Assembly: GCA_015231305.1 (NCBI GenBank)
Contig: JADGBW010000005.1
Coordinates: 1 to 63,603 of the forward strand
DNA from: Magnetococcales bacterium
Lineage (GTDB): Bacteria; Pseudomonadota; Magnetococcia; Magnetococcales; JADFYX01
Reading direction: 5' to 3'
DNA: 63,603 nt
In this document: piece by piece, positions 18,262-27,257 of the stretch
Numbering within the stretch: the first letter of the stretch is position 1
Layout of the letters: each line of letters begins with the position of its first letter
Notes under the pieces: model-generated
What the model was told of the DNA's origin: nothing
What the model saw: the letters and a program-made list of their open reading frames with translations, nothing else
Databases searched by the model: none
Made by a program: the position numbers and the translations under genes

Positions 18262-20556
18262 TTATTCTTTTTGATCCGCACTTTTCTGAAGATAGTACTT
18301 AATTGAGTTCATTATGGGGTTGAGAATAGACCGGTAGTTTCTTAACTCCTCTTTGGCCCTACGCCACTCTTTTTTTCTTACCTGTTTGTGTACTTGCACA
18401 GAAGGATCTTTTAAGGTTGGAAATAACACGTTTGCCATAGAGCCTTTAAGAACATGTGCAATTGCTCTTGCTTGCTCTTCCTTATGCTCTTGTATTGCAG
18501 AGCTAAGGCTGGAAATTAGTGATGGTAATTGCTCAGCAAGAACTTGTGCCACCTCACGATGATTTTCAGGTGGTAGCCCCATGGACTCAAGGGCAGCGGA
18601 TAACTCGTTAGATTTTTTGTCCAACTCTATCCTTTTTGCGTCATCTCCTAAGGTAAAAGTAAAATACTCTTTTATTACTGCACGTAAATCAGAAAGTGAA
18701 GTTGGCTTTGCTAATACACCAACCATACCTGCCTGAGTACATTTTCTACGGCTTTTTTTGGTAATATCTCCAGTAAAAGCAATTATAGGGATAGGTTTGC
18801 TACCTTTTTTCTGTTTAAGCTCTCCTATGGCTTTTGCGGTTTGGTAACCATCCATGTTGGGCATTCTAAGGTCTAGTAGTACAAGCTGATAACTTTTTTT
18901 AGCTATTAACTCTAATGCAATTTTACCAGAATCAGCTATATCAATAGCATCTAGAGGAAAACCAATTTTTTCTAAAAGAGCTTTAGTTAAAAGCAAGTTT
19001 GTTGCCTGGTCATCGACTAAAAGTATTGAGCCTTCAGGGGTTATATGATTTTTTGCTGCTGAGTGAGTATAGTTATGGTCTTCAATTTGTGGGTTTAGTA
19101 TGGCATTTAAAAGACGCTCTGCACTAACTGGTTTTTGCAGGCATGTAATGGGGCCTAAGCTAGTAGCTGCTTGATCCCATGCTTGATCCAATAGATCAGT
19201 CAGTATTATTAACTGGCACTTGGTATCTAAATATTGCAGAGGAATGAAGCCTTCTTCGGTATCTGGTTTATGGTTTACTATAATTAGATCATATTTATCA
19301 GTTTTATACTGCATAGGGTCTTGGGTGAATATTTTGGCTCCCCATTTCTCTAAATGATCTGTTAGCATCGTGAGTTGCAGCCCTTCACAATTATGGAGCT
19401 GAATTTTATAGTCTTTAAGGGGAAGGTCTTTATTGTTTTTTGTTGTGGTTTCTGGTTGGTTTTCTAAGACTATTGTAAAATAAAAAGTACTGCCAGATTT
19501 AGAGTGTAAATTGACATCAATACCAATTTCTCCATCCATCATTCTTACTAAATGTTTGGATATGGCTAGGCCCAGCCCAGTACCTTCATGGTTTCTTGAG
19601 GTGGAGTTATCTATTTGGGTGAAACGATTGAAAATTTCATCTCTTTTTCCTTCAGGTATTCCGACCCCAGTATCACGAATTTCAAATAAAAACTCAGTTT
19701 TATTATCAAATATGGTAATAGGTCCGCCATGAAGGTCTACACTTCCACCAGCTGGGGTAAATTTTATAGCGTTGGCAATAAGGTTTGTAAAAATTTGTCC
19801 AAGGCGATTTTGGTCACCACGAAATGATGTTGGCAGTTGGCTTGAAATATGTGCCGTCAACTCAACCCCTTTTGCACTTGCAAGGGGGGATAAAATCATT
19901 GTTACATCATCCATTAATTTTCTTAAATCAAAATCCCTGTGATCAAGGGTAAACTTACCCCGGTCTATTTGGGCAAAATCCAGTAGATCGTTGATTAAGA
20001 AAAGAAGTCGTTTGCCTGCGGTTGAAGAGAGGTGCAGGTACTCACGATATTTTTGGTTTAATTTTGCATCTTTAAGGAGTTCCAACATACCCAGGACAAT
20101 ATTCATGGGGGTGCGGATTTCATGGCTTATTGTTGCAAGAAAAGCATCCTTGGATTGGTTGGCCTCTTCTGCATGATCCCGAGCTTTTGCAAGTTCCACC
20201 ATGGCTTGCCTTCGCTCTTCCGAACGATGTGCTAAGGCTTCATTTACTTTGCGTAGTTTTTCCTCAGTTTTTTTAAGTTTGACTATTTCAGGAAACCAAC
20301 GGTAAAAGCCAATAATTAGCAAAATATAACCAGGCATAATACCAAATGCCTCTTCTATATAATCTAAATCTTTATACTGTTGGAATTCATCTAATATATC
20401 AAGTATATGTCCAGCAATAAGAAAGAGAAACCCGCTGACAACAAAATACCACCCCCGACGTTGCTCAGCCCCCATTTGAGTGCTGGCTCGGAGAATAAAT
20501 ATAAATGCGCCAAAGATGACAGCTAGATTTATGCTTTCAAAAAAAAGGTCGCTCAT
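18262..20556 (-). CDS. Hybrid sensor histidine kinase (membrane sensor, HisKA, HATPase, degenerate REC, REC, Hpt)
   Basis: SHEIRTPM, NLIANAIKFT, DTGVGI, GTGLGLAI, LLVDD..LLDLRMPNMDG..KP, AHVLKGS. Confidence 0.92.
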   Translation of the reverse strand: MSDLFFESINLAVIFGAFIFILRASTQMGAEQRRGWYFVVSGFLFLIAGHILDILDEFQQYKDLDYIEEAFGIMPGYILLIIGFYRWFPEIVKLKKTEEKLRKVNEALAHRSEERRQAMVELAKARDHAEEANQSKDAFLATISHEIRTPMNIVLGMLELLKDAKLNQKYREYLHLSSTAGKRLLFLINDLLDFAQIDRGKFTLDHRDFDLRKLMDDVTMILSPLASAKGVELTAHISSQLPTSFRGDQNRLGQIFTNLIANAIKFTPAGGSVDLHGGPITIFDNKTEFLFEIRDTGVGIPEGKRDEIFNRFTQIDNSTSRNHEGTGLGLAISKHLVRMMDGEIGIDVNLHSKSGSTFYFTIVLENQPETTTKNNKDLPLKDYKIQLHNCEGLQLTMLTDHLEKWGAKIFTQDPMQYKTDKYDLIIVNHKPDTEEGFIPLQYLDTKCQLIILTDLLDQAWDQAATSLGPITCLQKPVSAERLLNAILNPQIEDHNYTHSAAKNHITPEGSILLVDDQATNLLLTKALLEKIGFPLDAIDIADSGKIALELIAKKSYQLVLLDLRMPNMDGYQTAKAIGELKQKKGSKPIPIIAFTGDITKKSRRKCTQAGMVGVLAKPTSLSDLRAVIKEYFTFTLGDDAKRIELDKKSNELSAALESMGLPPENHREVAQVLAEQLPSLISSLSSAIQEHKEEQARAIAHVLKGSMANVLFPTLKDPSVQVHKQVRKKEWRRAKEELRNYRSILNPIMNSIKYYLQKSADQKE

Positions 20557-20770
20557 AGTGATCTAAGAGGCCTAAATGTCGGTTGTTAAGTAGGATATTT
20601 TCTTCAACATCTACATGTACCAGATGTATCGAGATTTTGTTATTATTATCTAACAAGTAGGATAAATACCCAGGTATTTTTATATAAAAACAATTTAATA
20701 GGATTTGTCTTATCTGGCAATGGTTAGATCAATTTTGCATATAAGTTAGCCTATATTTGTTAACAAAAAT

Positions 20771-20986
20771 TTACTCTTCTTTTTTTTTATCTGGTGAAGA
20801 GAGGGATCTAATAAGCCTCTCAACGTCACTTTTAGTCAATATAGTTTCAAGAGAGAGAGAAGCAGCAGGGGATTTTTTCTTTAACTCTTTGGGAACAATT
20901 ATGTGACGTTTGTTGTTACTAACATTTTTTTTGCTATCTTTTTGCTCCGGTATAGTTTTTGGTGGATTTTTTTTATCCCGGACCAT
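20771..20986 (-). CDS. Small basic hypothetical protein (71 aa)
   Basis: Strong TAAGGAG RBS before the ATG; intergenic position. Confidence 0.55.
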   Translation of the reverse strand: MVRDKKNPPKTIPEQKDSKKNVSNNKRHIIVPKELKKKSPAASLSLETILTKSDVERLIRSLSSPDKKKEE

Positions 20987-21136
20987 AGCAACTCTCCTTA
21001 AGATCTAGGTTAACCCAGATACCCCTTTTACATATTGAAAATACATGCAATAATAAGGCCATCCCTTTTATTTTTGGAATTCAATAGCAAGAGTATTTAT
21101 AAGTGAAGTTGAAAGTTGAGATGTTATAGAAGGCAG

Positions 21137-21322
21137 CTAGCCCGGATATTTCATGAAGAATAGCCGCTATGCTGCTCCAGGGATTGCCAGAACTGCGTTG
21201 CAGGATAAATTTTTAAGGATCACATACGGTCAGTATGTTCACCTGAAAAATTCAACCTGCGCCTTGTTCTGACAACCCCTGGAACAACCTTTCGGCCACT
21301 CTTCATGAAATATCCGGGCTAG
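21137..21322. mobile_element. MITE-like palindromic element, family A copy 1 (186 bp including CTAG flanks)
   Basis: Perfect 23-bp terminal inverted repeat CTAGCCCGGATATTTCATGAAGA; the whole length folds back; near-identical copy at 24060-24245; no ORF. Confidence 0.85.
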
Positions 21323-21404
21323 CACCTCTTTAATTTATCTGTGGACTCTGCTATTGTAAATCTCTTTATGTTCTTAATCCGATTGTGGAAATTTAAATAC
21401 GATA

Positions 21405-22430
21405 ATGTTGCAGTTTTCTCCTATTGCCAGGCGACGTTGGCGACGATTTTGTTCTCATCGTCGTGGTATAGTATCCCTATGGATTTTTACAACTCTGTTT
21501 CTGTTTTCGTTAGGGGCAGAGTTGATATCTAACGATAAGCCTATTTTGGTCTCCTACAACGGCTCCATATATTATCCTCTATTAGTTAGTTATCCTGAAA
21601 CAACTTTTGGTGGCGATTTTGAAACTGAGGCTGATTATAAAGATCCATATTTGGTGGATATTTTAAAATCAAACGGTAACTGGATGTTGTTTCCCATCAA
21701 CCCTCATAGCTATGACTCAATAAACACTGAGCTTACCCATCCTGCTCCATCACCACCTGATATGGTTAACTACCTTGGTACAGATGATAGAGCAAGAGAT
21801 GTTTTGGCCCGTTTGATTTATGGGTTTCGTCTCTCTGTTTTGTTTGCTCTTTCATTAACAATTATTGGGGTATTAGTAGGTATTTTAGCAGGTGCAATAC
21901 AAGGATATTTTGGCGGTAAGACAGACCTATTTTTTCAGCGATTTATTGAGATATGGGGCAGTATGCCAGAGCTATACTTGCTTATAATTTTTGCTAGCCT
22001 TTTTAACCCTAGTGTGTTGCTGTTATTGTTGCTTCTTTCCCTGTTTGGTTGGATGGGGCTTTCAGACTATGTACGGGCAGAATTTCTACGGGCGAGAACC
22101 ATGGTATATGTAAAAGCTGCAAGAGCTATGGGAGCAAAAGATAGGGTGATAATGTTTCGCCATTTGTTACCTAATGCGCTTACCCCGGTTATCACCTTTT
22201 TACCCTTTCGTATTTCAGGGGCTATTCTTGCTCTAACCAGTCTAGACTTTCTTGGTTTAGGTGTTCCACCTTCAACCCCAAGTTTGGGAGAGCTTCTTCG
22301 TCAGGGTAAGGCAAACATAGATGCTTGGTGGTTGTCTTTATCAGCTTTTTTGGTTTTGGTTGTTATGTTGTTGTTACTTAATTTTATTGGTGAAGCGTTG
22401 CGGGATGCTATGGACCCGCGCAAAGAGTGA
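21405..22430 (+). CDS. yejE: Peptide ABC transporter permease (YejE-like)
   Basis: YPETTFGGDFETEADY, LGTDDRARDV, EAA-type loop YVKAARAMGA, LTSLDFLG, SLGELL.QGK.N. Confidence 0.82.
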   Translation: MLQFSPIARRRWRRFCSHRRGIVSLWIFTTLFLFSLGAELISNDKPILVSYNGSIYYPLLVSYPETTFGGDFETEADYKDPYLVDILKSNGNWMLFPINPHSYDSINTELTHPAPSPPDMVNYLGTDDRARDVLARLIYGFRLSVLFALSLTIIGVLVGILAGAIQGYFGGKTDLFFQRFIEIWGSMPELYLLIIFASLFNPSVLLLLLLLSLFGWMGLSDYVRAEFLRARTMVYVKAARAMGAKDRVIMFRHLLPNALTPVITFLPFRISGAILALTSLDFLGLGVPPSTPSLGELLRQGKANIDAWWLSLSAFLVLVVMLLLLNFIGEALRDAMDPRKE

Positions 22431-24058
22431 ACGGCTCATCAAACAGCCCACTGCTTAATGTTGAAAAACTAGCAGTAAGCTTTCCCGGTGTAGGGGCAGA
22501 GTTTGGGCAAGAGGAATTAGTGCCTGCGGTTGATAAAATATCTTTTTCAATTAACCGTGGTGAAACCCTGGCTTTGGTTGGGGAGTCTGGTAGTGGCAAA
22601 ACTGTTGCCTCTCTTTCTCTACTGCGTCTTTTACCAACGTCGGCAGTAGTATCTGCTAAAAAAATTGAGTTTATGGGGCGTGACCTCAGCAAATTATCTG
22701 AAGGAGAAATTCAATCTCTTCGTGGCGATAGGGTGGCTTTTATTTTTCAAGAGCCAATGACAGCCTTAAATCCCGTCTATCCTATATCTCGCCAACTTGC
22801 AGAAAATTTTTCTCCTGAAGATAGAGAAGACAGCAAAAAACTTCATAAACAAGCTTGTGCTTTGTTAGAGATGACTGGCATTAAAGATCCTGAGCAGCGA
22901 CTAAATTGTTTTCCCCATCAGCTCTCAGGAGGGCAACGACAGCGGGTTATGATTGCCATGGCCTTGGCTCGTCGTCCTGACCTGCTAATAGCAGATGAAC
23001 CAACTACAGCTTTAGATGTAACTATCCAAGCACAAATTCTTACTTTGTTAACCAAGTTAAAAGATGAATTGGGCATGGCAATGTTGTTGATAACCCATGA
23101 CTTGCCAATGGTCCAAAAAGCTGCTAATCGGGTTTGTGTAATGCGCCATGGTGAGATTGTCGAATCTGGTAATGTTGAAACAATCTTTAAAGCTCCGCAA
23201 CACTCATACACTAAAACTCTATTAGCTAGTCTTCCTGATAGCAACTCACCCCCAAGGGTTAAAAATTCTTCGGTAATTTTAACAGCAAATAATATTCAGT
23301 GTCATTTTCCGGTTAAAAAAGGTCTGTTTAAACGTACAGTTGGTGTTGTAAAAGCAGTTGATGGTGTTAATTTAACAATCCGTCGTGGAGAAACTTTGGG
23401 TGTGGTGGGAGAGTCTGGCAGCGGAAAAACTACCTTGGGTGAGGTAATTTTACGCTTAAACCAAGGCCAGGGAGAAATTAACTTTGATGGTCACTCTCTA
23501 TTTAAACAGTCACGCAAGCAGATGCGTTTGCTTAGAAGGCGTATTCAAGTAGTTTTCCAAGACCCTTTCTCTTCGTTGTCTCCACGGTATACCATTGGGC
23601 AAATTTTAGAAGAGGGGCTGTTAATCCATGACCTTGAACCAGACCCAGTTAAACGAGAAATAAGAGTTGCTAACTCTCTTGTTGAGGTAGGGCTGCCAAA
23701 ATCTATATTAGGACGATATCCCCATCAATTCTCAGGTGGGCAGAGACAGCGTATTGCTATAGCCAGAGCAATGATATTAAAACCAGATCTGTTAATTCTA
23801 GATGAACCAACCAGTGCTTTGGATTTATCAGTACAGGCTCAGGTATTAAAGCTGCTGCGTCAACTACAGATAAAACATGGCTTAGCTTTTCTATTTATTT
23901 CCCACGATTTGCGTGTAGTAAGGGCTTTGTCCCATGAGGTGATGGTTATGTGGCAGGGTGTAGTGGTAGAAAAAGAGGAGACGGCAAAACTGTTCAACTC
24001 ACCAAAACACCCCTATACTCGTCGTCTGCTTTCAGCTGCTCTTAATCTTTCTGCTTAA
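22427..24058 (+). CDS. yejF: Peptide ABC transporter dual-domain ATPase (YejF-like)
   Basis: Two GESGSGKT / SGGQRQR / DEPT modules; 4-bp overlap with the permease. Confidence 0.82.
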   Translation: MNGSSNSPLLNVEKLAVSFPGVGAEFGQEELVPAVDKISFSINRGETLALVGESGSGKTVASLSLLRLLPTSAVVSAKKIEFMGRDLSKLSEGEIQSLRGDRVAFIFQEPMTALNPVYPISRQLAENFSPEDREDSKKLHKQACALLEMTGIKDPEQRLNCFPHQLSGGQRQRVMIAMALARRPDLLIADEPTTALDVTIQAQILTLLTKLKDELGMAMLLITHDLPMVQKAANRVCVMRHGEIVESGNVETIFKAPQHSYTKTLLASLPDSNSPPRVKNSSVILTANNIQCHFPVKKGLFKRTVGVVKAVDGVNLTIRRGETLGVVGESGSGKTTLGEVILRLNQGQGEINFDGHSLFKQSRKQMRLLRRRIQVVFQDPFSSLSPRYTIGQILEEGLLIHDLEPDPVKREIRVANSLVEVGLPKSILGRYPHQFSGGQRQRIAIARAMILKPDLLILDEPTSALDLSVQAQVLKLLRQLQIKHGLAFLFISHDLRVVRALSHEVMVMWQGVVVEKEETAKLFNSPKHPYTRRLLSAALNLSA

Positions 24059-24059
24059 C

Positions 24060-24245
24060 CTAGCCCGGATATTTCATGAAGAATAGCCGCTATGCTGCCC
24101 CAGGGATTGCCAGAACTGCGTTGCAGGATAAATTTTTAAGGATCACATACGGTCAGTATGTTCACCTGAAAAATTCAACCTGCGCCTTGTTCTGACAACC
24201 CCTGGAACAACCTTTCGGCCACTCTTCATGAAATATCCTGGCTAG
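24060..24245. mobile_element. MITE-like palindromic element, family A copy 2
   Basis: Same orientation as copy 1 with only two visible substitutions; begins 1 bp after the yejF stop codon. Confidence 0.85.
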
Positions 24246-24253
24246 TAGCTAAT

Positions 24254-24823
24254 TTAATAAAAATAGAAAGTAGCAATTACAGATATTATGAAGAGCAGAA
24301 TTATATTAATTGGATAACGGTCTACTGTACGTTTATTGCGCCTACTTTTTAAAAATAGAGCTATAGCAGAGAATATCGCCATAAGAATGGTGATTATATA
24401 GGCATAACTGGTCCATTTTGAGTGCCACATAATATCTACCCAAGTTTCGGGTATCTCTATTAGTGCCACCGGAGCCTCTTCTTTGGTTTTTGCGGCCTCT
24501 TTTACTGAAGCTAAAGCCATTACCAATAACCCCCAGCAGAGGGTTCCTATCCAAGAAACGGCTTTTAAGACTAAGTCTGGTTCACCACGAAACCCGGTTT
24601 GCCAGCTAGTTGAAAAAAAATCTTTTATGCTGTCATGGTCTTTGCCAGCAGCGATATTTTGCAAGATCATACGGAATATTACCACAAGGTATAGCACGAC
24701 TATCGTGGTGAAGAAAATAGTACCAGTCAAGCCACTATCAAGGTCTACCAAACCTTGACGGGCAATGGTAAACATCATAAAGCTAATGAGTATTAAGACA
24801 AATAAATTAACAATAATAGTCAA
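24254..24823 (-). CDS. Hypothetical multi-pass membrane protein
   Basis: 189-aa ORF with about five hydrophobic segments; start uncertain. Confidence 0.6.
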   Translation of the reverse strand: MTIIVNLFVLILISFMMFTIARQGLVDLDSGLTGTIFFTTIVVLYLVVIFRMILQNIAAGKDHDSIKDFFSTSWQTGFRGEPDLVLKAVSWIGTLCWGLLVMALASVKEAAKTKEEAPVALIEIPETWVDIMWHSKWTSYAYIITILMAIFSAIALFLKSRRNKRTVDRYPINIILLFIISVIATFYFY

Positions 24824-24907
24824 ATTAATTCACCAGTTGCATAAACCAAAATTTTATCAATTGTCGGTACGTATCGCCAACTGCAAAATTTTGATAGCGG
24901 AGGTAGT

Positions 24908-25201
24908 ATGTTTAGTTGGCGCGAGTTACGTTTTATTCTCTGCACTATAGCAGCGATAATGATTTATAAAATTATTGGAACAGGGTGGTTTTTTAATATT
25001 GCAGGAGCAAATGCCTTGATAAATCTTTTTACTGGGCAGTACCTCTGCACAACCAACAACTGTTCTATAGAAAAACCAGGCATTGAACTCTCTTTTTTGC
25101 CTTTTAAAATGGTTTTATTTACTGATCCTATATCAATTACCCACTATATATCCACCATTTTTGGTCTGCTTTTATTAGTTTATGGCAGTGTGCATATTTA
25201 A
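24908..25201 (+). CDS. Small hypothetical membrane protein
   Basis: GGAGG RBS before the ATG; hydrophobic N- and C-termini. Confidence 0.45.
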   Translation: MFSWRELRFILCTIAAIMIYKIIGTGWFFNIAGANALINLFTGQYLCTTNNCSIEKPGIELSFLPFKMVLFTDPISITHYISTIFGLLLLVYGSVHI

Positions 25202-25272
25202 GCCTATATTTGGCTGTTAACTGTGCGTGGCAGCAAATTACAAGCCTAGTTTTAACTTATTGCTACCTATTG

Positions 25273-26535
25273 TTAAATTTCATGGTCGTTTTGGGCCATA
25301 ACATCACTAACTTTTTTAATACGTAATTTGTGCAGGGTATCGCCAAAGGCTTTGCCTGTGTGTCCGGTGTTGCTTATAGCTTTGTTATCAATAGCAATAC
25401 AGCTGTTTAAACAATCTTTTAACTGTTCTCCTGGCATGTAAGGTTTGTTCATTCTATCTTCTCCTCGGCCCCATTTGTCAGCAGTACAGGCTAAGATAAA
25501 GTCTTCAACTATTTTTGGGTTTCTAAAAGCATCAAGTTGCCCTAAAAGTTTTACAATACGTTTAGGGCGCATTTGGGCTATACGATGACAGTGCATATGG
25601 TATTTAGCAGTTAAAATTGCCAACTTGGTAAAAGATTTTGGAGCTTTTATACGCAAGCAGAACTCTTCTAACTGTTTTGCCCCTGTCTCTTCATGGCCAT
25701 AATGGTGGGGTAGGGAGCTGTTTGGGGTTAAGCCTTTGCCGATGTCGTGCATTAAGGCAGCAAAACGGACCTCTGTTTTTGGGCTTAGTTGTGCTGCGGC
25801 ATCGACTGATAACAGGGTGTGTATCCAGGCATCACCTTCTGGGTGGTATTGTTGTGGTTGCGTCTGACCTGCTAAAGTTTCAAGTTCGAAAAACAGCTCT
25901 TTAATTGCTCCACACTCTTTTAATGTTTTAAAAAAAATGCTTGGTCTGGGAGTGGTTAAGGCTTTTTCGGTCTCTATCCATATCCTTTCTGGGGTTAGCT
26001 CTTTTAGTCCGCCTGAGCTAGTAATATTTTGCATTAAAGTGAGAGTTTGAGGGGCAATTGTAAAACCTAAATGAGCAAACCTTGCCAAAAAACGGGCAAC
26101 TCGCAATACCCGTAAGGGGTCTTCTGCAAAGGCATCAGATACGTGCCTTAATATACGTTGTTTTAGGTCTTTCTGACCGCCGAATGGGTCTATTATTTTG
26201 CCATGGCTATCTATTGCCATAGCGTTGATAGTTAAATCCCTACGTATTAAGTCTTCTTCAAGGCTCACCTCACGCCCAAACTGTACCTTAAAACCATGGT
26301 ATCCAGGTCCAGTCTTTTTCTCCGTGCGAGCTAGGGCGTATTCTTCTTTTGATATTGGGTGGATAAAAACCGGAAAATCAGCTCCTACCTGTTTAAAACC
26401 TAAAGCTATAAGTGTTTCTGGTGTTTCGCCAACAACAACCCAGTCACGGTCTTGGCTATCAACTCCAAGTAGAGCATCACGAACCGAGCCGCCAACTTGA
26501 TAACATTGCAAGCTTGTCTCTTTAACACTGCTCAT
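25273..26535 (-). CDS. cca: Multifunctional CCA tRNA nucleotidyltransferase with HD domain
   Basis: VGGSVRDALLG, DRDWVV, EYALARTE, RRDLTINA, EDPLRVLR, HPEGD, MHDIGK. Confidence 0.95.
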   Translation of the reverse strand: MSSVKETSLQCYQVGGSVRDALLGVDSQDRDWVVVGETPETLIALGFKQVGADFPVFIHPISKEEYALARTEKKTGPGYHGFKVQFGREVSLEEDLIRRDLTINAMAIDSHGKIIDPFGGQKDLKQRILRHVSDAFAEDPLRVLRVARFLARFAHLGFTIAPQTLTLMQNITSSGGLKELTPERIWIETEKALTTPRPSIFFKTLKECGAIKELFFELETLAGQTQPQQYHPEGDAWIHTLLSVDAAAQLSPKTEVRFAALMHDIGKGLTPNSSLPHHYGHEETGAKQLEEFCLRIKAPKSFTKLAILTAKYHMHCHRIAQMRPKRIVKLLGQLDAFRNPKIVEDFILACTADKWGRGEDRMNKPYMPGEQLKDCLNSCIAIDNKAISNTGHTGKAFGDTLHKLRIKKVSDVMAQNDHEI

Positions 26536-26597
26536 GGGTTGTCCTGAGTTTGTCTTGTAAATTGCAGCGTGTTTGTAGCCAGATGCTATTTTTAAGT

Positions 26598-26915
26598 TTA
26601 TTTAAACAGAGCCTCTGCTGCTTTTAGGGCATCTGATTTGCTGGTGCTTTTATGTTTGTTGGGTTGTTTAGATTGGGAGTGAGAGCTTTTTTTACTGGTG
26701 GTAGAGAAATAGTCACAAAAAGTGGCTTTCTCTTTATCTAAAACTCGTTCCGCTTGGCTCTCTTGACATTCGTTATAAGAGTGGGCATCAAAAAAACGGC
26801 AGTTGCGACAAATTCGCACATCTTGATGGCAGCCATTACATAGAGTGCTGCGACCTATTTCGTTTGGCAATGGTGCTTGACAATGCCAACAAACGGCCAA
26901 TTTTGCTTTGCTCAT
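26598..26915 (-). CDS. Small Cys-rich (putative zinc-binding) hypothetical protein
   Basis: CxxC, CxxC, CxxC, C, C pattern; AAGGA RBS before ATG 26915. Confidence 0.7.
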   Translation of the reverse strand: MSKAKLAVCWHCQAPLPNEIGRSTLCNGCHQDVRICRNCRFFDAHSYNECQESQAERVLDKEKATFCDYFSTTSKKSSHSQSKQPNKHKSTSKSDALKAAEALFK

Positions 26916-27023
26916 TTTATTTTCCTTAAAGATTATTGTAGAAATCTCTTTACCAACAGGCATTAATTTTGCTAGCCTATGAGTGTAACTATTATATTAA
27001 CACTGTTATGGACCATATCCCAA

Positions 27024-27233
27024 GTGGCTAACATTAAATGCCATACCCCCGTAAGTGGGGAGACTAATTTTTTAAAGCACTCTTATGTTGCTACACTTCT
27101 GCTTGCCCTGAATCTGCTGCCGTTGGGGCATCTATCTTAAGAAGCACCTCATAGGCTTTCGGGCCACAAAAATTATATATTACAATGACTCACTAAACCA
27201 GACAAGATTTTTGCAAACTTGCGTCTCGGTTTA
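27024..27233 (+). promoter_or_regulatory. Candidate leucine attenuator (Leu-rich leader ORF and hairpins) upstream of leuA
   Basis: Frame 27024-27140 contains LLLALNLLPLGHL; hairpins TGCCC/GGGCA and 27194-27233. Confidence 0.55.
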
Positions 27234-27257
27234 TAGATATTTAAGTAGGAGAAATAA

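Noticed and set aside
21137-21322. Autonomous IS or riboswitch upstream of yejE
   Set aside because: No transposase ORF, no recognisable aptamer, and a near-identical copy sits downstream of the operon.
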